From positions 4,000,001-4,064,000 of the forward strand of contig OZ244207.1 of assembly GCA_965216875.1 (NCBI GenBank): a DNA stretch of 64,000 nt, read 5' to 3'. A program made the position numbers and the translations under genes. Source of the stretch: Rubripirellula sp. GTDB lineage: Bacteria > Planctomycetota > Planctomycetia > Pirellulales > Pirellulaceae. The notes beneath the pieces are model-generated. The model had not been told where the DNA came from. It worked only from the letters and a program-made list of their open reading frames with translations, and did no database searches. The first letter of the stretch is position 1; every line of letters begins with the position of its first letter. Below are positions 10,480-21,262 of the stretch, in pieces.

Positions 10480-10902
10480 ATGGCGCGACGCGTACTCATC
10501 CTATGCACGGGCAACTCTTGCCGTTCGCAAATGGCCGAATACCTGTGGAACCAGCTTGGCGAAGGCCAGTGGCAAGCAGAATCGGCGGGTTCCAAACCCG
10601 CGGGATATGTTCACCCGTTGGCGATCGAGGCGATGAAGGAACTTGGCGAAGACCTGTCCAGCGCCGAGAGCAAGCACGTCGACCAGTTCGTTGACCAATC
10701 GATCGACTTGGTCATCACGGTCTGCGATTCGGCCAAGGAGAACTGTCCCGTGCTGCCCGGGGTCCAACAAACGCTCCACTGGCCGTTCTACGATCCAGCC
10801 GACGCCGAAGGGAGTGACGAGGAAAAACTGGCCGTTTTCCGCCAGGTACGCGACCAAATCCGGGACCGTATCGAGACGTATCTCCGCGACGAGATCACGT
10901 AG
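10480..10902 (+). CDS. arsC: Arsenate reductase ArsC (LMW-PTP fold)
   Basis: LCTGNSCRSQMAE, SAGS.P...VHP.A, ITVCD.A.E.CP, HWPF.DPA, FR.VRD.I motifs. Start corrected to the ATG at 10480. Confidence 0.9.
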   Translation: MARRVLILCTGNSCRSQMAEYLWNQLGEGQWQAESAGSKPAGYVHPLAIEAMKELGEDLSSAESKHVDQFVDQSIDLVITVCDSAKENCPVLPGVQQTLHWPFYDPADAEGSDEEKLAVFRQVRDQIRDRIETYLRDEIT

Positions 10903-10988
10903 GCCGGCTCAAGGAGCGACAGCGAAACAGATCCGGCACAGATGATTTGATAAAGCAAGGCCCGACGCTAGCTAGCGCGTTCGGCTCA
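10899..10988. repeat. REP cluster: GTAG-type REP (GTAGGCCGG..CCGGCA) plus an inverted GTGAGCCG-type REP
   Basis: Near-identical copies at 19373, 38235 and 57250 (reverse). The arsC stop TAG lies inside the GTAG. Confidence 0.8.
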
Positions 10989-11102
10989 GGCAAAAAACGC
11001 GAAAAACTTTCGAAATCTCCAATCCAGCTCCCTGGGTCGTTCGTCTTTCTATTAGCAGGCGAGTTTTCTGCGCATCCACCGACTGACCCATCGGAGCTGA
11101 CG

Positions 11103-12782
11103 ATGAAAAAGCTATTCGTTTCCTTGCTCGTTTTCGGCCTGATCTTTCCGGGATGTGCCCGACAGTCGGAACCGCAGACGGCCGCTTCTGTGGATGAACG
11201 GGCGATGCCCAAAGCCACGGCCGATTACGCGATGGCTGCCGATTACGAAGCAGCTGAATTCGCAGCGCCAGCGGCCGGCGCGATCGGCGGCCTCGCCGAA
11301 GACCTACCGCTGCTGGCCGACCCAGACCAGGGACGCGGTGCTGGAGACGCCGGCGAACAGTACGACCACATCGTTGACAATCCCTTTGTCCGGGTCGGCG
11401 ACAATCCGCTGAGCACTTTTTCGATCGATGTCGATACTGCCTCCTACAGCAAGGTTCGTCAGTACCTCGTCGAATACAACCAGATGCCTCGGCCCGATGC
11501 CGTTCGAATCGAAGAGTTGCTCAACTACTTCCAGTATGACTACGCACCGCCAGCGGCCAGTCAATCGGAGCCGTTCGCAACGCACGTTGCCGTTGCCTCT
11601 TGTCCGTGGAACGACAACCATCGACTCGCGCGTGTCGCGTTGAAAGGGCGGGTGATCGAGAACGCCGAGCGTCCAAACAGCAACCTCGTTTTGCTGCTCG
11701 ACACCTCGGGATCGATGAAGCGTCCCAACAAGTTGCCACTGCTCAAACGCGGCATGCAGCTCCTCCTCAAACAGCTCGGCGAGAATGATCGGATTGCGAT
11801 CGTCGCCTACGCAGGTTCGGCAGGCATCGTGCTCGACAGCACGCCTGCGTCCGACACGAAAGCAATCATGACCGCCCTGACTCAGCTCTCCGCGGGCGGT
11901 GGCACGAACGGCGCGGGCGGATTGCAATTGGCCTACGATCTCGCTCGCAGCAACTTCATTGAAAATGGAACCAACCGCATCCTGCTTTGCACCGATGGAG
12001 ACTTCAACCTTGGTCAAACCAGCACCGACGAACTCGTGCGCATGGTCGAGGATCAGTCCAAGGCAGGTATCGAGTTGACCGTGCTCGGTTTTGGGATGGG
12101 CAACCTGAACGACTCGATGCTCGAACAGATTTCAGGAAAAGGCAATGGCAACTACGCGTTCATTGATACTTACAACGAAGCCAAGAAGGTGCTCGTTCAA
12201 CAACTTGCCGGGACGCTGGTCACGATTGCCAAAGACGTCAAGATTCAAATCGAATTCAATCCGTCCATCGTGGCCGGCTATCGTTTGATCGGATACGAAA
12301 ACCGCATGTTGGCAGATCAAGACTTTAACGACGACAAGAAAGATGCTGGCGAAATCGGCGCCGGACATACGGTCACAGCGTTGTACGAGATCGTGCCTAC
12401 AGGGGCTGACGAAGCCGTCCTGCCAACCACCGACCCGCTCAAGTATCAAGAAAAGGCCGAACCTTCGATCGCCGCCGAATCGGGCGAGATGCTGACGCTG
12501 AAGCTACGCTACAAACTGCCGGGTGAAGACACCAGCCAATTGATGGAGCACCCTGTGATCGACAGCGGGCTTGCTTTTGACCAAACCGATCAAGAGTTTC
12601 AGTTTGCTGCTGCCGTCGCTGGCTTTGGCATGCTGCTTCGCAACAGCGAACACGGTGGCGATTGGAGTTTCGACACGGTCAGCGAAGTTGCACAGGCGAG
12701 TATGGGCGTCGATCCTCACGGTCTACGAGAAGAGTTCGTCGACCTCGTCGCGACCGCCCAGTTGCTCGCCCAAGAGAATTAG
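11103..12782 (+). CDS. YfbK-like VWA domain lipoprotein
   Basis: Lipobox-like FPGC; PLSTFSIDVDTASYS, AVRIEE..NYF, DTSGSM MIDAS, TDGDFN, TIAKDVKIQIEFNP, YRLIGYENR, DAGEIGAGHTVTALYE. Confidence 0.9.
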   Translation: MKKLFVSLLVFGLIFPGCARQSEPQTAASVDERAMPKATADYAMAADYEAAEFAAPAAGAIGGLAEDLPLLADPDQGRGAGDAGEQYDHIVDNPFVRVGDNPLSTFSIDVDTASYSKVRQYLVEYNQMPRPDAVRIEELLNYFQYDYAPPAASQSEPFATHVAVASCPWNDNHRLARVALKGRVIENAERPNSNLVLLLDTSGSMKRPNKLPLLKRGMQLLLKQLGENDRIAIVAYAGSAGIVLDSTPASDTKAIMTALTQLSAGGGTNGAGGLQLAYDLARSNFIENGTNRILLCTDGDFNLGQTSTDELVRMVEDQSKAGIELTVLGFGMGNLNDSMLEQISGKGNGNYAFIDTYNEAKKVLVQQLAGTLVTIAKDVKIQIEFNPSIVAGYRLIGYENRMLADQDFNDDKKDAGEIGAGHTVTALYEIVPTGADEAVLPTTDPLKYQEKAEPSIAAESGEMLTLKLRYKLPGEDTSQLMEHPVIDSGLAFDQTDQEFQFAAAVAGFGMLLRNSEHGGDWSFDTVSEVAQASMGVDPHGLREEFVDLVATAQLLAQEN

Positions 12783-12786
12783 CCAA

Positions 12787-12840
12787 GTAGGTCATGCTCC
12801 GCATGACGATGCGACTCGTGTCATGCACAGCATGACCTAC
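12787..12840. repeat. Inverted pair of GTAGGTCATGC..GCATGAC REPs between convergent genes
   Basis: GTAGGTCATGCTCCGCATGAC (12787) and GTCATGCACAGCATGACCTAC (12820); further copies at 24248 and 57101. Confidence 0.8.
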
Positions 12841-15800
12841 GCGAAGCTTGAGTCCAATTCGACGCGATCGTCTTCCGAATCGCTTGAAGCGGACTCGGCT
12901 TGCACTGGATCCGCACTCGACGGCGCCGACACTTCGATTGCCCAGATCAACTTGGCGACATCAGGTTGCACCTCAATCGTACTTGGCACCTCCGGCCACT
13001 CGGCCCGGCGGCGTGCGATAACGCGATCCACATCTTCTGACAACCATTGAGGTGTTTCGACCCATTCACCTTCAACCGAGGCGGTGTCGATTCGCGCCAA
13101 CTCGTTGATCACGCGCAATGCATCAAGCGCCGTTGCCGAACCATCACCATTTTGATCGAAATAGAATCCGGGCCACGTTCCGACTTGATCAGGTCGAAAC
13201 AGTTTGGCACTCTCTGGATCTGAAAAGATTCTTCGGCCAAGTTCATTGATGATCCGCAAGGCATCGTTTGCAGTCACGTTGCCGTCGTTCCCAACGTCAC
13301 CTGGACGAACGAGGTTTTGCCAGGGGCTTGCAAAGTCGACTTGGACAAAGGTCCCGCGTGTGACAACGTTGCTAAATGCGAAACCAGCGACGCTGACCGG
13401 CTCAGCCATCGACCACGCATCGCGGTCACTCAATTGAATCGTGTCTTCGGTGCCCCCGGTCACGATGATTCCGCCGCCACCCGGATCCATTTGACGAGCA
13501 ACCACCGACTCCAACACCAGTGTGGTTGCGGCCGACGAAGACAGGTCGACCACATCGATGTTGTGCAAGCCAACGCCGGCAACGCCAGTCGCCTCAAAGC
13601 GGCTACGTGGTCCAACAATTCGCAATGTGTTCACGCCCGAACCCGCGTCATAGCGGAATCCTTGCTCGGGGATCGGATCACCACCTGAATCATCAACAAC
13701 CAAGATGTCACTGAATTGTGTACCAACAAGGTCGTAGCGCCCGACCGAGACGCGGGGTGCTTGAAAGAGCGTATTCGAACCTTGGAACACGAAGAACTCG
13801 CCGAGTTCAAAGGCCAGTCGAGTCGTGCCGCGTCCCGGAGCAACGGTCACGGTTGGCTGTTGTCGCCCATCGAGAATCTCTACCTCATGGTCTTCGACTT
13901 CTCCGTCGATTGCCGTCCCCGTTGGTAGCAGGCCACCGGTGCTGCTGATTCGGAACCGCGCGAAGGTGTTGCCGGGAACAGTGCCCGCCGGCAACGAAAT
14001 CTCAACCAGATTTTCGCCCTCGTCGAGTTCGAGACTCGTGCCAGCACCAATGTGTTCGGTCGGATGGTCAAACACGCCGTTGCCATCAAAATCGATCCAC
14101 GCATCGAGAAGCCCCGATTCCGATGCCGTGACCATCACCGTTGCAGTCGTGCCGGATGTCTCATCAGCAACCAGGCTTGTGATCCAGCGAATTCCATCAT
14201 CGTCCGTCCCATCACCCGAGGCTCGCACGCCAGGAGCGCCGTCCACTTCATCGTCGACCGATGCGCCAAGGTGCAACGCACTTTGGCCATGCCGAGGCCC
14301 ATCGCTGGCCAGTCGGGTCGCATAGGAATCGGGAGCGTCACCAAAATCGAGTGCGTCGACCACATCAATCGACGCCGAAGCCGAAGTCGCCGAAAAATAC
14401 TCTGGTAGATCGGGCTGAAATTGAACGGTCAACGTTTGCCCAAGCCCAGACGCCAACAAGGCTCCTGGTGCAGGATCGTAGACGAACGTACCAGCTGCCG
14501 TTGTCCTGGCATTCAGCTGTTGGCTCCCTAGCGGCGTCCCCGTTGCAATGGGCGCGGGGTCGTCCCAGTGCAACACCGGCTCCCTGGGCGGCTGCGTTTC
14601 GAAGGCTCCCATATCGAAGGCGGAACCAAACAAACGTGTGAACGGAGCACCGCGTTGATCAAACAGGATGCCGACCGCGACGGAGCTTCCCGCATCGATC
14701 GCAGGACTCGTGGGCAGCAACGGGTGCACCAAGGTGCCTGCGATTTCCGTGAGTGGATCAAGTCCCGCATCGATCAATCCACCGCCATCTGGCGTGGGCC
14801 GTCCCACGAGGTTGCCGTTGGCATCGGGCGTTTGCGACTCCGCAACCCCCGTCCCGGTATTGTCATCGATCAAACTGTTTTCGATCGTTAACTCAAAGGG
14901 ATTACGCAGCGGACGGAAGTTCGGGATCCCAAGGCTGTCCGTATTCCCCGCGAAAAGCGCATCACGAATCGTCAAGCTCGCATCAAGTGCCAACAGCATG
15001 CCGCCGCCGCCCGATGCCTGATTGTTCGCAACGGTGCTTGATTGGATTTCAAACCGTGTTGGGTTTCGGCTCCCTCCGGAAAAGAGGCCACCGCCCCGAA
15101 TTGCCTCGTTGCCCGAGAGCGTGCTGTTGGTGAGGGTGACAACGAAGTTGGATCCCGGCTGCTGCTCGCGCAAGTAGAGACCACCGCCGTCGGTGCCGGC
15201 TCGATTGAGCGATACGCTACTCGAAAGAACGGTTGCCACATCGGCATCGACACCGCCGCCATGCGTGCCAGCGACGTTACCCGTAACAACACTTGAACGA
15301 AGCTCGACCGAACCCGCGGCAATCCCGCCACCACTTTGATCCGCACGGTTCCCGGTGACGATGGAATCAAAGATCCGCACCGTTCCGCCATCGACACCAC
15401 CGCCAACACCCGAAGTTCCCGTAGCGATGTTGTTGGAAACGGTCGAATCGACGACCGACACGCTCGCAGCCGAAAGCCCGCCGCCGACATTCGCTTGGTT
15501 ATTGGTCACCACCGAATCAGTCATCACCAACTGGGTCGCACGCACGCCGCCAGCAACTTGGCTGGCAACGTTGGAATCGATCAAGACGTCATCAAGGACC
15601 ACGACTCCTTCCGCAAAGACACCGCCACCGTCGGACGCCGAAACATTGTCTCGAACAATCACGCTTGATAGCGACAGCGTTCCGCCGGGAGACACAAATT
15701 GAATTCCACCGCCAGATCGCTCTAACTCGCTTGCCCCGGCATCCAAGACGCTGCCACCCGAGATCGTTAACCCAGATAGGTTGAGCGATTGACCATTGCC

Positions 15801-18800
15801 TTGGAATCGAATTACGCGTGAGCGACCACCAGCATCGAGCGTCAACAATCCTGAGCCGGGTCCAACGATCGTCAAGTCGTTGGTGACAACAAGCTCGCCC
15901 AATTCCAGATCGATGGATTGAGTCGAACCGAACACTGATGTGTCAAACGAAACGACGTCGTGCCCATCGCTTCCATTGGCCGCCGCGATCGCTTCGCGCA
16001 AACTGACAACAGCGTCCGAGTAGTCCACTTCGTCGGCGGCAGTCGTCACCACAAACCGACTCAATGGCAATCGCTGTCGTTCCAGTGCCCCGGCATCCGG
16101 TCGTCCCGATGCCGAACGCGAGAAAGGCTCGCCGCGAGCGTCGTTAGTGAGCGTGGACACCAGCGTGTCGCTTCCCAAATTGACCGCTGGCGAATCGACG
16201 GCGAGTCCGTGCGTGCGAACGTTCCCACCGTTTCGCGTCAACGGTTCGACACCGGGATCAATCACGATCGTGGTTGGCCCGTCGCCGCCGATCAGATTGC
16301 CGTTGGCGTCAATCACCAGTGAAGCCGTCAATCCACTTCCTTCGGCATCGCCGATCAAACTATGGTTGACCGACAAATCAGCAAGAGCCGAAGTGAAATG
16401 CACATCGGTGCCCGCGCCGCCAGCCGAGTTTGCAGCAACGATAGAATTGGCCAAATCAAGCTGCGCGGCTGAGACACCTTCAATCGCAATCCCGCCGCCA
16501 CTGGCCGAAGAAACATTATGTACAACAGTGCTGCTTAGCACCGACGCGTCGCGGGAATAGAACCCACCTCCATCGCTCGACGCTCCGCGCGTCTGATTCC
16601 CCGACACCGTGGTATTGGTCATCGACACTTGGGTTGCGAAAACACCCCCGCCACGAGACGAGTCTCCGTCTGTTTCATTCTCGGCAATCGTGCTACTGAA
16701 AAGATTCACAGCCTGCCCGTAGACCGCCCCTCCACCCGACAACAACCCGCTCGTCCGGTTACCAGAGATCTCACTCTGCATAACTTCCAAGTTGGTTCCA
16801 GCTCCAGCGAAAACCGCTCCACCGGGCGAGCGATCACCAGAAGTAAAGTTCTCAAGCAACTCGCTGGAGGTAATCGTCACGTTGCCGGCGACCGAATAGA
16901 GTGCGCCCCCTGCGGCAGCGCTTCGCAGCGTTCGATTATTGGCAAGCAGGCTGTTATCGACCGATACGTTGCCGGCAATCGATGCGATCGCGCCACCTGC
17001 CGAATCAACACCGCCAGTCAAGTTACCGGTCAATCGGCTGTCGACTATCGTGACATCTCCGATGGCCGCAAAGAGCCCGCCGCCGGGTGCAAAGAAGCCG
17101 CGTGTTTGATTGTCGCTGACTTCGGATCGAATCAAGTCAACCGCGCCAACCGCAGAGTAGATCCCGCCACCGAACGCGCCGTCACCAAAGGTCGCATTGC
17201 CGCTTACTTTGGAATCGACAATCGCAAGCGTGCCGTCCGACTGTGACAGAATCCCGCCACCCTGTGAACTCGTTTGCGCGATCGGAACATTGGTGCGTGA
17301 CGTGACTCCTCCCGTGAGCGTCAATCCAGACAAGGTCACATCGCCAGCATCGTTGCCCACGCGCATCACGCGTGATTGCTGCATCGCATCGACAACCAAC
17401 TGTTCCGAACCCGGTCCGATGATCTGCAACGCGCTGTCAACCACCAATTCACCAAGCGACAATTCAATCGTCCCTGGTATTGCCGTTACGGTTTCATCAA
17501 ACGTGATCGTGTTCGCCCCTGGAAGACCGCCTGCAACATGAATCGCTTCGCGTAGCGACACGTCGTTGTTTGCAAAATTCAATTCGTCGGCGAGAGTGTT
17601 CACGACCAATCGATCTGGATTGACGAACTGAAATTCAAACGCCCCCATGTCGACCGTTCCAGCCGAAACTCGCAAGAAGGGTTCGCTCCGTCCGTCAAAC
17701 GATGTGGTCACAAAAGCGCCATTGCCGGCGCCGATCGCAGGGCTGTTTTCAAGCAAAGGGCGAACATGGGTCACACCACTAAAAAACAAAGGCCCGATCA
17801 ACGGGTCGATCACTCCCAGTCCACCCGCGTCGCCAACAAGGTTGCCGTCAGCATCCGCAGTCTGCGACTCGTCGAGACCTGAACCGGCTCGGTCACCCAC
17901 GAGTGTTGCCAGCACGGTCAACGAACCGGGCACTTCGCCTTGGCGGATATCGGGCGCGGCGCCGGAGTCTTGGTTCAAGGCAACGATCGAGTTCGAAATT
18001 ACGAACGTCTTCTCTGCATTGTCCGACAGAAAGATGCCACCACCTTCATTCAGCGCAACATTCTCGACAACCGTTGAACCAACAAGATCGACATCACCCA
18101 ACAGTGCGAGCAGTCCGCCGCCAATTCCTCCCGTTCCGTTTGCCGCGTTGGAAGAAAGCGTTGAATCAACCAGAGCGACCGTTGCGCGCACGGCGACTAT
18201 CCCACCGCCGCCCGAGGTTGAACCGAGCGTTTGGTTGGAAGTCACACTGCTTGTCGTCAGCGTCAAACTTCCGGAAGTCGCGGAGATCCCACCGCCGGCC
18301 GCATAGCGACCGTGCGTTTGATTTTGATGCACCGCCGTTTGCGTCAACGTCAAATCGCCACGGGACGAAATGCCTCCACCATCAGCATCTTCACCAAACG
18401 TCTGATTGCCTGAAACGCGACTTGCAACAATGGTCATCCCGCCACGAGCGAAGAGCCCACCGCCATTGCCATCTTCGGCGCCGGTTTGGTTGTCGATGAT
18501 CAAACTCTGGCTGATCGTCGCGTCGCCCGCGTAGGCATAGGCACCACCGCCGCGCGCATTGAGACCGAGCGTTCGATTGGATGAAATCTCCGTTTGCTCG
18601 ATCGTCAATGACGAACCGCGTGTGTAAAGACCGCCGCCATGCGAATTGCCACCTTCGGTCCGATTGCCCGAGACCAACGAATCGACGATCGTCGTCGCCC
18701 CGCGCGAAAAGAGTGCTCCGCCCGGTGAATCATTGCCTTGTGTCGCGTTGTCAAAGAGGGTCACGCGATGCAGCGAAAGCTGCCCGGCCGAATCGAATTG

Positions 18801-19226
18801 CAGTGCGCCGCCAGATTCAGCCTGCCCGGTCGTTCGACCACCTTGCAGTGTCAAATCACGAATCACGAGGTCGGCAACATTTTGGTTCGCCGAAAGGATG
18901 CGAGAGTCTTGTCCCGCCATCAAAGTCAAATTCGCCGCCGGACCGTTGATCGTCAGCGCGTCGGAAACCTCAAGCTGCCCGAGCGATAGATTGATTTGAC
19001 TCGGTGCCGCAAAAACAGCCGGCTCGAACTCGATGGTGTCATGCCCGGCAGTGTCGTTGGCCAGCGCAATCGCCTCGCGCAAACTTGTCGCCAAGTCACT
19101 TTCGGAGACAACGTCAACGGCTGTGTTGACAATAAAGGTCGCCAGGACCTGGCGGCGTTCGAGCGATTCGATCGACAATCGCCTCGGCCGCCTCTTTGCC
19201 GATTGCCTGGGTGATGGACGTGACAT
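12837..19226 (-). CDS. Giant surface protein: planctomycete extracellular leader, 3x CSLREA/beta-helix (choice-of-anchor Q-like) modules, GEVED, dockerin-like
   Basis: RRLSIESLERRQVLA; three SLREAI modules with GGG/GGA-N repeats, each ending SPA...D.GA.E; DFGDAP...GEVEDH; DVGNDG.VTA.DALRIINEL. Confidence 0.85.
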   Translation of the reverse strand: MSRPSPRQSAKRRPRRLSIESLERRQVLATFIVNTAVDVVSESDLATSLREAIALANDTAGHDTIEFEPAVFAAPSQINLSLGQLEVSDALTINGPAANLTLMAGQDSRILSANQNVADLVIRDLTLQGGRTTGQAESGGALQFDSAGQLSLHRVTLFDNATQGNDSPGGALFSRGATTIVDSLVSGNRTEGGNSHGGGLYTRGSSLTIEQTEISSNRTLGLNARGGGAYAYAGDATISQSLIIDNQTGAEDGNGGGLFARGGMTIVASRVSGNQTFGEDADGGGISSRGDLTLTQTAVHQNQTHGRYAAGGGISATSGSLTLTTSSVTSNQTLGSTSGGGGIVAVRATVALVDSTLSSNAANGTGGIGGGLLALLGDVDLVGSTVVENVALNEGGGIFLSDNAEKTFVISNSIVALNQDSGAAPDIRQGEVPGSLTVLATLVGDRAGSGLDESQTADADGNLVGDAGGLGVIDPLIGPLFFSGVTHVRPLLENSPAIGAGNGAFVTTSFDGRSEPFLRVSAGTVDMGAFEFQFVNPDRLVVNTLADELNFANNDVSLREAIHVAGGLPGANTITFDETVTAIPGTIELSLGELVVDSALQIIGPGSEQLVVDAMQQSRVMRVGNDAGDVTLSGLTLTGGVTSRTNVPIAQTSSQGGGILSQSDGTLAIVDSKVSGNATFGDGAFGGGIYSAVGAVDLIRSEVSDNQTRGFFAPGGGLFAAIGDVTIVDSRLTGNLTGGVDSAGGAIASIAGNVSVDNSLLANNRTLRSAAAGGALYSVAGNVTITSSELLENFTSGDRSPGGAVFAGAGTNLEVMQSEISGNRTSGLLSGGGAVYGQAVNLFSSTIAENETDGDSSRGGGVFATQVSMTNTTVSGNQTRGASSDGGGFYSRDASVLSSTVVHNVSSASGGGIAIEGVSAAQLDLANSIVAANSAGGAGTDVHFTSALADLSVNHSLIGDAEGSGLTASLVIDANGNLIGGDGPTTIVIDPGVEPLTRNGGNVRTHGLAVDSPAVNLGSDTLVSTLTNDARGEPFSRSASGRPDAGALERQRLPLSRFVVTTAADEVDYSDAVVSLREAIAAANGSDGHDVVSFDTSVFGSTQSIDLELGELVVTNDLTIVGPGSGLLTLDAGGRSRVIRFQGNGQSLNLSGLTISGGSVLDAGASELERSGGGIQFVSPGGTLSLSSVIVRDNVSASDGGGVFAEGVVVLDDVLIDSNVASQVAGGVRATQLVMTDSVVTNNQANVGGGLSAASVSVVDSTVSNNIATGTSGVGGGVDGGTVRIFDSIVTGNRADQSGGGIAAGSVELRSSVVTGNVAGTHGGGVDADVATVLSSSVSLNRAGTDGGGLYLREQQPGSNFVVTLTNSTLSGNEAIRGGGLFSGGSRNPTRFEIQSSTVANNQASGGGGMLLALDASLTIRDALFAGNTDSLGIPNFRPLRNPFELTIENSLIDDNTGTGVAESQTPDANGNLVGRPTPDGGGLIDAGLDPLTEIAGTLVHPLLPTSPAIDAGSSVAVGILFDQRGAPFTRLFGSAFDMGAFETQPPREPVLHWDDPAPIATGTPLGSQQLNARTTAAGTFVYDPAPGALLASGLGQTLTVQFQPDLPEYFSATSASASIDVVDALDFGDAPDSYATRLASDGPRHGQSALHLGASVDDEVDGAPGVRASGDGTDDDGIRWITSLVADETSGTTATVMVTASESGLLDAWIDFDGNGVFDHPTEHIGAGTSLELDEGENLVEISLPAGTVPGNTFARFRISSTGGLLPTGTAIDGEVEDHEVEILDGRQQPTVTVAPGRGTTRLAFELGEFFVFQGSNTLFQAPRVSVGRYDLVGTQFSDILVVDDSGGDPIPEQGFRYDAGSGVNTLRIVGPRSRFEATGVAGVGLHNIDVVDLSSSAATTLVLESVVARQMDPGGGGIIVTGGTEDTIQLSDRDAWSMAEPVSVAGFAFSNVVTRGTFVQVDFASPWQNLVRPGDVGNDGNVTANDALRIINELGRRIFSDPESAKLFRPDQVGTWPGFYFDQNGDGSATALDALRVINELARIDTASVEGEWVETPQWLSEDVDRVIARRRAEWPEVPSTIEVQPDVAKLIWAIEVSAPSSADPVQAESASSDSEDDRVELDSSFA

Positions 19227-19337
19227 CTATCGAATCATATCGGGGAACGAGCATTCTCGCCCCCGATTATGATTCAATCGTCCCAGCAAGCCAATTGGCT
19301 AAAACCGGCAATTTGGGCAATCGTGCACTCGCCAATA

Positions 19338-19412
19338 AGGCCCGACGCGAGCGCGGCAGATTGCATTTGCGCGTAGGCCGGATCAAGGAGCGACAGCGAC
19401 GCAGATCCGGCA
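19338..19412. repeat. REP cluster (partial GTGAGCCG-type + GTAGGCCGGATCAAGGAGCGACAGCGACGCAGATCCGGCA)
   Basis: Matches the copies at 10899, 38235 and 57250. Confidence 0.8.
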
Positions 19413-19499
19413 CAATCCCAAACCATGCGAGTCCGACTAGCCAACAATCCACCGACGCCAGCGTGTTCGGCTCACAGGGCCTCGTTCCACGAACGTGCC

Positions 19500-20603
19500 C
19501 TAAGGCAGATCGATTGCTTCCAGCGACACTTTGCCGTCCGCTTCGATCACAACCAATGCGTGTACGTCACTTAACGCAGCCAGCTGGGTGACACCTTTCA
19601 AATCGGAAATCGTCTCGTAGGTTTGGCCGGCTGTTTTTCCGCCTCGAACCGGTTCGGTCAACCCTTTGTTCTTGGCCAAGTTATCGGTACTGACCTTCAT
19701 CACGCCGCGTCGCGAATTGGCAATCAGAATAAAGTCCTTGCCCCCCTTCTTGTACGCGACCATGTCGTAAGGCTTATTGCGGTTGCCAAGTTCCGCGACC
19801 GTTGTTCCGGTGACTTTGCTTTTGCTGTTGAGGCTCTTCAGCGGGATCTTCACCAGGGGTGTGCAAACATAGCCAGCAAGAATCGTTGCCTCGCCACCAA
19901 CCGTGAATGGAATGAAGGTTTGAATGGCGCCAGAGTCTTCGGTTGCACCATGCGCGGCATGATAGATTTCGACTTGCATCCCTCGCGAATGCTCTCGGAA
20001 CGGAAAATCAAACTCGCGAACGGAGCTTGGGGCATCGTCGGCTGACAACCCCGAAACCAACACGCGTCCTTCCGAGAAAACCAGATCGGTAATGGACTCG
20101 CCGCGTTTGTTTCGCATACCGCGTCGGGTACGCTCCGCTTTGTCGGCTGGTGGATTGGGAAGTGAAACGAATCCGTGACCGATCTTATCGAGGTCCACTT
20201 TGCGAACCGTCGATCCCGTCACGCGAGCGATCCCAGGTTTGCCGTCGACAGTGACTGACAAGAAGGGCGTTCCTGTTTCAGGATTCACCGCCAAGTCAAC
20301 GATCGTTGCTTTCCCACCGCCAAAGGCCTTGGAAACGTGTCCGGCAAGATCACGAACGCCGACTTTTTGGTCCGTCACACCTTTCTTGTCTTCGGTGTTG
20401 ATCGCATAGATCTTGGCGGCCATGGGGTCACCAACGAAAAGCACACCGGAAGGGCCGAACGAAAGGGGGCCGGCCGACTTGAGCTCTACCGGACCGGGTG
20501 TCAAACCAAACAACTCGGCTGCAGAAGCCTGGCGGCTTGTAACGGCAATCGCCGAAACCATTAACAAAGCTACCGACAAGCGGTGAAGCAACGAGAGACG
20601 CAT
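19500..20603 (-). CDS. Secreted hypothetical protein (probable beta-propeller)
   Basis: Signal peptide; SAGPLSFGP.GVLFVGD, SITDL, YHAAHG, YVCTPLV, ELGNRN.P.DM motifs; gene-like codon usage. Confidence 0.7.
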   Translation of the reverse strand: MRLSLLHRLSVALLMVSAIAVTSRQASAAELFGLTPGPVELKSAGPLSFGPSGVLFVGDPMAAKIYAINTEDKKGVTDQKVGVRDLAGHVSKAFGGGKATIVDLAVNPETGTPFLSVTVDGKPGIARVTGSTVRKVDLDKIGHGFVSLPNPPADKAERTRRGMRNKRGESITDLVFSEGRVLVSGLSADDAPSSVREFDFPFREHSRGMQVEIYHAAHGATEDSGAIQTFIPFTVGGEATILAGYVCTPLVKIPLKSLNSKSKVTGTTVAELGNRNKPYDMVAYKKGGKDFILIANSRRGVMKVSTDNLAKNKGLTEPVRGGKTAGQTYETISDLKGVTQLAALSDVHALVVIEADGKVSLEAIDLP

Positions 20604-20767
20604 TGAATCTTTCCTCGAAAACACGAGATGAATCGAAACACCGGCGCTCATGACCGCCACCGTTGGCGACCCCAGTGGGGTCAGTGTACGCCTTGGCGAG
20701 TGGGCCGTGCCGGGCGCGGCGCGTTTTCTTCGAGAAAAAGTGTTGGTCGCAAATCCAGTGTCGCAAT

Positions 20768-21082
20768 CTACGAGCCGATCGAAACCTCGATCTTCCCCTC
20801 CCGCTCGCGGACTTCAAAAGTCTCCTGAAGGGGTTGGCGGTTGATCGTTTGGATCCCCGTCGCCAACTCATATTGCCAACCATGCCAGGGACAGGTGACA
20901 CATCCGTTTTCAACACAACCCTGGGCAATTGGGCCGCCCTGGTGGGCACACATGCCGTCGAGTGCGAAGAGCTGGCCACCATTGCGAAAGACCGCCAGGA
21001 TCTGTCCTTCAACGACGACCTCGATAGCCGAATCGTTCGCCAAATCATCGGCAGCCGCGACTTCGACCCAACGTTGTGACAT
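20768..21082 (-). CDS. Rieske [2Fe-2S] ferredoxin
   Basis: CAHQGGP...CPWHGWQY Rieske motifs. Confidence 0.9.
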   Translation of the reverse strand: MSQRWVEVAAADDLANDSAIEVVVEGQILAVFRNGGQLFALDGMCAHQGGPIAQGCVENGCVTCPWHGWQYELATGIQTINRQPLQETFEVREREGKIEVSIGS

Positions 21083-21262
21083 CTCTTTTGTTCCCTGTTA
21101 TCGGTGGTTGCCAATCACGTTACAATCGCAAACCTTCCTACAATTGGAAAGGCCCGGGACGGAACACCGCAAAGCTCCCCCAGCACTTGGCCCACAACTT
21201 ATGGGTCAAATCACACGGGCCACACAATATTCATCGGCACCACGCGACAACTGCACAGGAGT

